Shown: piece after piece, positions 56,114 to 64,000 of the stretch
Layout: every line of letters begins with the position of its first letter
How positions within the stretch are numbered: position 1 is the stretch's first letter
Assembly (NCBI GenBank): GCA_964472395.1
Contig: CAYYMM010000002.1
Span: 48,150 to 112,149 of the forward strand
DNA from: an uncultured bacterium
Lineage (GTDB): Bacteria > CSSED10-310 > CALFER01
Direction of reading: 5' to 3'
DNA length: 64,000 bases
The notes under the pieces: model-generated
Told to the model about the DNA's origin: nothing
What the model saw: the letters and a program-made list of their open reading frames with translations, nothing else
Databases searched by the model: none
Position numbers and translations under genes: made by a program

Positions 56114-58923
56114 CAGGCCGCCAATCGTGCGGTGAGCTGCAATATCTCGTTGATCTCCGACGGACTGAACACACCGCGAATCCCCTGTGGGTGAATCACC
56201 GTGAACGGAGTGTTGATGAGGTCTTTCTTCTCGACCTTCTCGCGCTCGATGATGAAACCCTTGAGCAGGTTCAGGAACTCCAGTTGGCGGCTGGACAGAT
56301 TGCTGTGCTGCGCAATGAATTGATCAAAAGCATCGCTGACCGTTTCCGGAAAGCTTTTCAGGATTTCGATGCCGAGGATGTGGCGGATGAACTGGATGAA
56401 GCGAGCCTTGCGGATATTGTAAACTCGGCGCAGTAGATTTTCGGTGATATGCGGGTGCTCGGCATGGAGCAGCTCGGCCAGTTCTGTGGTCTCGTCAGCC
56501 GAGATCTCTTCTCCGTTCTTGAGCTTTTTCAGAATTGGGTTGCGCTCGGTCAGTTCCGTGATCATGGCCTCGACCATGTCGCGGTAGCGGCTGATACTTA
56601 CCGATTCGTTCTGAGGACCGAACTCGACCCTCTCTTTGCGATGTATCTCATCTCTCAGGTCGAGATGCGTAGGACCAGGGCCGAACTGTTGCTCGCGAAA
56701 TTTCATCAGCGGACCGAGACGGGTGTTCAGATCGTCGAGTGCGTCTTCCTGCGCGTTGGCATCTGTTTTGGCCCAGTATTGATTGGTCTGAGCGGTTCGA
56801 ATCAACTCCTCTTCGGCTTGAACGAAGTTGATTGAAAGCGGCAGTTCGCTGATCTGCTCGACGATACCTTCTTTCAGGGTTTCGGCTTTTTCCTTTTCCT
56901 CACTCAACCTGGCGAGAGAAAACTCCAGCAAATCCCGCTCAAAACGCATTGCTTTGAAGTCGGCCTCGGAGACGGTGCGAAACAGCGGCTTAATCTCGGC
57001 ACGCAGGAATTCTAACCGCTGGTGATTCAGGGTGATCCAGAAGTTTTCTTCGTTGAGGCGAGCTAGAGCACCGCTTGCCTCCTTGATAATGACGGATGTA
57101 TGCGGCAACTGCCGGATCTGTTGGCGTAGTTTGGCAATTTCACGTTCTGCAATCTGGGCCTGAGCGAGGTCGATGGCTTTTTCGATCTTGTCGAGACGTA
57201 AGCCAACCAACCTCACAGGCAGAGGTAGTTGGGGCTTGAGCTCCTTGCCTTTGGGTTGCAGCTTGAAGTACTCGAAGTTATCCCAGCAATCGAGGATCAG
57301 AAACACGTCTTTTTCCAGACACCACGGCTTGGGTTTACTAGTTTCCAGCAGGCGGGTGCCGCGCCCGATCATCTGCCAGAATTTGGTGTAGGAGTAGACC
57401 GGCTTGGCAAAGAGGAGATTGACGATCTCACGCACGTCAATGCCGGTGTCGAGCATGTCGACGCTAATGGCAACGCGCGGCATATCGTTGTTGGTGAACT
57501 GGTCGAGCAGTCCGCCTTTGCCGTAAACGCGTGGGTCATCGGAGACCATTACCTTGGCCAGTTCACCTTTGTATTGCGGGAAGAGTTTGTCAAAGATTTC
57601 TTCGATGCGCCGGGCGTGTGCTTTGGATGAGCAGAAGAAGATCGTTTTTCCTGGCAACACGCCGCTCCCGTCCTTGATGCACTCCTCCATGAATTCCTTG
57701 ACGATGAGCGTATTCGTTCCCTTGTTGATCACCTGCTTTTCGAGCTGCGAACCCTCGAAATTGATCTCTTCGATGTCTTTGCCTTCCTGCAACAGTTTTT
57801 TCTGATCCTCAAGTGAGATTGTTCGCTTGCTGATGCCTTCCGTCTGGAAGCGGGTCTGGATCTTCATTACCTGGAAGCTGCAGAGATAGGGCGGTACATT
57901 GTTGACCGCCTCCTCGAACGTGTAAGCAAAAGTGGGAAGTCCGTCTTCGCAGTGGAAGAGCTGGAACGTGTTGTGGTCGATGATGTCGGTGGGTGTGGCG
58001 GTCAGGCCCAAAATGATGGTCTTGAAATAGTCCAAAACCTCTTTGTAGGTGTTGTAGATGGATCGGTGGCTCTCGTCGACCACGATGAAATCGAAAAAGT
58101 GCGGAGACAAGTACTGCGAGTCTTCCCGGATGATGTTGAGCATCGTGGGATAGGTCGAGATGTAGATTCGGCGATCCTTGGCGATCATCTTCTCGCCGAC
58201 ATTCGGCCAACGCGGCTCGTGAGGTAAATGTTCCTTGAAAGCTGCCAGTGCTTGTTCGCGCAGTGCGATTCGGTCGACCAGAAACAACACTTTCTCCGCA
58301 TGACCGGCACGCATCAGGGCATCCACCATCGCGATGCATGTTCGGGTCTTGCCGGTGCCGGTGGCCATAACCAGCAGGAAGTCGCGTTTTTTCTGCTCGA
58401 TCCCTTCCAACACCGCACGAATGGCTCTGATCTGATAATCGCGACCGGCTATCGTAGTGTTGATCAGTTCCTGGCTCAGGGGTTTGCGGTTGCGGCGGAT
58501 GTATTGAAAACGCTCGAGATCATCGCGGGTCGGAAAGCCAACCACCTTGCGTGGCGGATAGTTGTCCAGATCCCAGAAATAAATGTCGTGACCGTTGGTG
58601 TAGAAGCAAAATGGCAGTTCGCCACCCCGCTGTTTCTGGATGTTATAGCAGTACTGCTTGGCTTGCTCGCGGCCAATCTTAGCATCTTTGCTCGTTTTCT
58701 TTGCTTCGATGACAGCCAGGGGTTTGTGGTCTTTACCGAGCAATACATAGTCACTGAACTGATGACCTTCGTAATGTGTACGAGGTTCAGCAACTCCGTC
58801 AGGAAGTGGAGTCAGGATGTCGAATTCTTGGATGACTTGGGTAGGATCATTAACGTTCCAACCCGACAGAGCAAGCTGGCTGTCAATCAACTCTGAGCGA
58901 GTTTGAGCCTCTGTTTTGGTCAT
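56113..58923 (-). CDS. hsdR: Type I restriction enzyme R subunit (EcoEI/EcoAI-like)
   Basis: SDY.L...IEAKK nuclease, ATGTGKT, DESHRS, LGLTATP, DMLDTGID, QMIGRGTR, EcoEI-R-type C-terminus. Confidence 0.95.
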   Translation of the reverse strand: MTKTEAQTRSELIDSQLALSGWNVNDPTQVIQEFDILTPLPDGVAEPRTHYEGHQFSDYVLLGKDHKPLAVIEAKKTSKDAKIGREQAKQYCYNIQKQRGGELPFCFYTNGHDIYFWDLDNYPPRKVVGFPTRDDLERFQYIRRNRKPLSQELINTTIAGRDYQIRAIRAVLEGIEQKKRDFLLVMATGTGKTRTCIAMVDALMRAGHAEKVLFLVDRIALREQALAAFKEHLPHEPRWPNVGEKMIAKDRRIYISTYPTMLNIIREDSQYLSPHFFDFIVVDESHRSIYNTYKEVLDYFKTIILGLTATPTDIIDHNTFQLFHCEDGLPTFAYTFEEAVNNVPPYLCSFQVMKIQTRFQTEGISKRTISLEDQKKLLQEGKDIEEINFEGSQLEKQVINKGTNTLIVKEFMEECIKDGSGVLPGKTIFFCSSKAHARRIEEIFDKLFPQYKGELAKVMVSDDPRVYGKGGLLDQFTNNDMPRVAISVDMLDTGIDVREIVNLLFAKPVYSYTKFWQMIGRGTRLLETSKPKPWCLEKDVFLILDCWDNFEYFKLQPKGKELKPQLPLPVRLVGLRLDKIEKAIDLAQAQIAEREIAKLRQQIRQLPHTSVIIKEASGALARLNEENFWITLNHQRLEFLRAEIKPLFRTVSEADFKAMRFERDLLEFSLARLSEEKEKAETLKEGIVEQISELPLSINFVQAEEELIRTAQTNQYWAKTDANAQEDALDDLNTRLGPLMKFREQQFGPGPTHLDLRDEIHRKERVEFGPQNESVSISRYRDMVEAMITELTERNPILKKLKNGEEISADETTELAELLHAEHPHITENLLRRVYNIRKARFIQFIRHILGIEILKSFPETVSDAFDQFIAQHSNLSSRQLEFLNLLKGFIIEREKVEKKDLINTPFTVIHPQGIRGVFSPSEINEILQLTARLAA

Positions 58924-59803
58924 GATTCAAATTTCTCGGGTTTTCCATTCGCCACAGAAAGCCCTGAATTACTTCCTGAAAGCTTGAAGGGAAGTGTTTT
59001 GTGTTGAACATCTGTGCCTGATTGTGTGCCTGTTGTCTGCGAACCGACTTGGTCTGCTCCCCAAAAATTTCTGCTGCTTTTACCATGTCGGTTTGCCTCA
59101 AATCCATGCACGCCAGCGACCCCGGAGTATAGAATGAAATACAACTTGCCGAACGACCAATTACGCTCATTAATTTATCATGTAACCTGGCAAGTGCAAA
59201 GAGTTTTGTTTTCGAATTTGCAGATTCCCGATGAATTTTATAACAGACATCACACCAGATCAGAAGCTTATGCTCTTCTCATGATTTGGAAAAATCGCAC
59301 ACACGAAGGTTTCCGGCCTTGTAGTAAAATACGGGACGAAAATCTTGCAGCGCATTATTCATCCATTTCAGGCTTTTCTGCAGTAGATAGGGTGTTCGGA
59401 GACCGATTTCGTACATGGAGTGACCTTCATGCTGAGTAACAATCCAGCCAAAGAAAGCCTCCGGACACCTGTTCGATCGAAACGTCGACCAGGAACAGAG
59501 AAGGATTCTCTTCCAGGGATTCACAATTCCTGATGTCAATCTGAAGACCTTGGTCCTGACACTCCACGCAATCAACACTGCCATTGGGACTCGGATCGGT
59601 TGTGTAAAGGTAAGCAAATTGTGCCATTTGTTTCGCTCGATGTCCGAAAGGTTCATCACCGAGGATGAAACAGCCATCAAACCGATCAGAATCGATATGA
59701 TTGAGGTGTTTCTCATGTCGCGGTTTCGACCGCCAATTTCCGGAGCATTACAAGAATCACGCATTTTGTAACTCCTGAGACTTTGATGGCGGCTGCAATC
59801 ATC

Positions 59804-59857
59804 TCAGGACGCGACGATATCATCCAGATAATCCAAACAGCTTTTCATCCGGTTCAT
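59804..59857 (-). pseudogene. Truncated HEPN/DUF86 toxin remnant
   Basis: ATG overlaps the MNT stop and gives MNRMKSCLDYLDDIVAS*, resembling DUF86 N-termini, then terminates after 17 codons. Confidence 0.5.
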
Positions 59858-60156
59858 ACTGGAATCAGTTCCTCAAGAATCTGTTTTTCGATTCGCCTCC
59901 GAAGACTTTTCCTGCTGACCAGATCGACTTTAACTCCAAGTTGTTCTGATAGATAGTTTTCCATTTCTACAAATTTAAAAAACCCCGGAGACTCGGAAAA
60001 GGAAACCAGGATATCGAGATCACTGTCAGGACGGTTTTGATTTCGAACGCGAGAGCCGAAAACACCGAGCGATTGGACATGAAATGCCGCGGTAAGCAGA
60101 GGCATTTCGCGCCGTATCTTCTCGATCAGTTCATCCAGATTTGTGTGTGTTTCCAT
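59854..60156 (-). CDS. Minimal nucleotidyltransferase (MNT) antitoxin
   Basis: GVFGS.VR...RPDSDLDILV and LGVKVDLV motifs, 100 aa. Confidence 0.9.
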   Translation of the reverse strand: METHTNLDELIEKIRREMPLLTAAFHVQSLGVFGSRVRNQNRPDSDLDILVSFSESPGFFKFVEMENYLSEQLGVKVDLVSRKSLRRRIEKQILEELIPV

Positions 60157-60217
60157 ACGTCTATTGATAATCATACCGCGTATAAAAAGCAACAACTCCT
60201 CAAATTCCGGCAGACAG

Positions 60218-60247
60218 AAAAAAAGCCCCCGGCGAACCGGAGGCTTT
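60218..60247 (-). terminator. groEL Rho-independent terminator
   Basis: Minus strand AAAGCCTCCGG-TTCG-CCGGGGGCTTTTTTT. Confidence 0.85.
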
Positions 60248-60272
60248 CAATAAATCGAGAGTCAGTCAGGAA

Positions 60273-62275
<2,003 letters not shown>

Positions 62276-62334
62276 ACTTCGTAACCTCCGATTGAGTAAG
62301 TTCGAGGGCTTGCTGCCCGGTTTGCCGTCCATTG

Positions 62335-62361
62335 TTAGCACTCGTTTCGATCGAGTGCTAA
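62335..62361. promoter_or_regulatory. CIRCE element (HrcA operator)
   Basis: Exact TTAGCACTC-N9-GAGTGCTAA 60 nt upstream of groES. Confidence 0.97.
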
Positions 62362-62612
62362 CACAACCTATTCCAACTTGATCCCAAGAATCAAGCGAAA
62401 AATTTCAGAAAAATTTTTTAGATTCTCTGGATTTTCAAAATTTTTAATGAATTTTTTTTATTTACTGATTAAACACACAAATTACTTTGTAAAATGAATT
62501 CTTACTTTGTTTTACATATCGATAACTTTGCCTTTTTGATCCTTCCCCGCCTTTCATCTATGATTATTAAAGACTCTTCCGGTTGACCCCGCCAAACCAG
62601 GAGGCTGCCCCG

Positions 62613-63248
62613 ATGAACGAATCGATGCCCATACCCGACGATCTCACAAGCCACCTCGACTCCGCCCTCGCCCGCCTCATCCAATCCCTCACCTCCCTCC
62701 GCAGCTCCCTCGCCCTTCCCCTCTCGCCCGAATCACTCGCCGCCCCGCTCCTCCCCCTGCAGACAGGCCTGCTTTCGTCCATCTACACCCTTCAATCCTC
62801 AACCGACCACCTCCTGGATCTACTCGCCACCCGCCACCTGCAACCGACTCACCCTGAACCCGACACGACCCGGACCGAGTCGGAGACGATCGTGGAATCC
62901 CCCGTTCTCAGGGTGCTCATCGGTGACCCCGACCCGGCCAATCTCGAACGCCTCACCGGCTGGACCCAGGATGCGGGTCATCTGGTCTGGCCCTGTGTTT
63001 CTTTCGAAGATGCGATCCAGAAAGCCTCAACCCGCCCGTTCAACCTGATCATTCTCGATGATCGGTTGCCTCGCTTTGACCAGGGACGTGTTTTGGGGAC
63101 TCTGGCGTCCCGCGATGAGAAGGATATAGTGAATCTGGTGCTGATTACGGCGGATCCCGAGAACCACCTTGGCATCATGTGTCTCACCCCGCCGGTCTCC
63201 CCGGACGATCTCGACCGGACGCTCCGAAACCGTTTCTCCAGAAAGTAA
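62613..63248 (+). CDS. Hypothetical protein with N-terminal helical region and degenerate C-terminal receiver domain
   Basis: GGAGG RBS. VLIGDPD...FNLIILDD...LVLITA. The conserved Lys of KP is replaced (LTPPV). Confidence 0.65.
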   Translation: MNESMPIPDDLTSHLDSALARLIQSLTSLRSSLALPLSPESLAAPLLPLQTGLLSSIYTLQSSTDHLLDLLATRHLQPTHPEPDTTRTESETIVESPVLRVLIGDPDPANLERLTGWTQDAGHLVWPCVSFEDAIQKASTRPFNLIILDDRLPRFDQGRVLGTLASRDEKDIVNLVLITADPENHLGIMCLTPPVSPDDLDRTLRNRFSRK

Positions 63249-63259
63249 CGCTCCGCGCG

Positions 63260-64000
63260 TCACTCAGGGCGCAGGATCTGAAAACTGCGCATTTTATGCC
63301 GGAGCGTCTTGCGGTCGACCCCGAGCAATTCGGCGGTTTTACTGAGGTGCCAGCGGGTCTGTTCGAGCGTTCTGAGAATGATGTCGCGCTCGATCCGATG
63401 CATCTCCTCCCGGGCGACCTCCTTGAGATCCGGCACATCGTCCTCACCGCTCCGGATCAGGCGGCTCGGGATCGAATGCGTGGCATCCCTCTGCATGCTC
63501 CGCATCATCTCTTCCGGAAGGTCGCGTTCGCGAATTTCGTTGTCCGCGAGAATCACGGCGCGCTTGATCACATTTCTGAGTTCACGGACGTTCCCCGGCC
63601 AGTGATAGCGGGAAAACAACTGGAGCACCTCGGGGGTGATCGCCGGAACCGTCCGGTCGAACTGCGCCGCGAAGCGGGATGCGAAGTGGGCGACCAGCAG
63701 AGGAATATCCTCCGGTCGATCCCGGAGCGACGGGATCCGAATGGTGATCTCGTTCAACCGATAATACAGATCTTCCCGGAAGGTCCCGCGCCGGATGGCG
63801 TCGTCGAGATCCGCGTTGGTCGCGGCGATCAGCCGGAAATCGATCTGACGCTGCTGGGTGCCTCCGAGTCGCTCGATGGTGCGTTCCTGGATGACGCGCA
63901 GAATCTTCATCTGGGATGACGGGGTGAGATTGCCGATCTCGTCGAGCAGGATCGTGCCGGTATGGGCCAACTCAAATTTCCCGATTTTATTAGCGCGAGC
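63260..64000 (-). CDS. Sigma-54-dependent transcriptional activator (NtrC-like), 5'-partial
   Basis: GKFELAHTGTILLDEIG, RLIAATN, FREDLYYRLN, WPGNVREL, C-terminal Fis-type HTH. Frame open to the window edge. Confidence 0.95.
   Translation of the reverse strand, partial: ARANKIGKFELAHTGTILLDEIGNLTPSSQMKILRVIQERTIERLGGTQQRQIDFRLIAATNADLDDAIRRGTFREDLYYRLNEITIRIPSLRDRPEDIPLLVAHFASRFAAQFDRTVPAITPEVLQLFSRYHWPGNVRELRNVIKRAVILADNEIRERDLPEEMMRSMQRDATHSIPSRLIRSGEDDVPDLKEVAREEMHRIERDIILRTLEQTRWHLSKTAELLGVDRKTLRHKMRSFQILRPE

Overview
Mostly ordinary chromosome from a GC-rich diderm bacterium that is probably an anaerobic peptide fermenter. The diderm call rests on three TonB-dependent beta-barrels, a PagL-like protein and a GT9 gene; the lifestyle is inferred. 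Left to right: (1) a secreted protein with a conserved C-terminal domain, an MFS transporter and a DUF3857/transglutaminase pair; (2) a short accessory patch with inverted hexamer repeats and an attC-like remnant; (3) a yqaA-M16-M16-M3-TonB receptor operon; (4) the standout locus, a tungsten aldehyde oxidoreductase (AOR/WOR family) split in two, with a HydC-HydB-HydA(N)-like Fe-S module fused into the break. Its HydB has a visibly degenerate FMN/NAD(H) site, and thiF/thiS follow; (5) a REC-Ser/Thr kinase, a divergent SHMT, rlmI, a PagL-like gene, a papain-family protease, two tandem Oar-like TonB receptors and a TPR protein; (6) rimO-pgsA-B12 radical SAM-NTPase-GT9, Tat-signal tldD/pmbA and degQ; (7) a lower-GC defence island of about 12 kb. 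It holds a type I R-M system with KilA-N and DUF1016 cargo, an extended HsdS, an ABC-ATPase + HNH pair, a diverged duplicate of the hsdM 3' end, and an MNT antitoxin with a truncated HEPN partner; (8) groES-groEL with a perfect CIRCE, and a partial sigma-54 activator. No rRNA, tRNA, CRISPR array, transposase or integrase was seen. Family assignments come from motifs recognised by eye; no searches were run.
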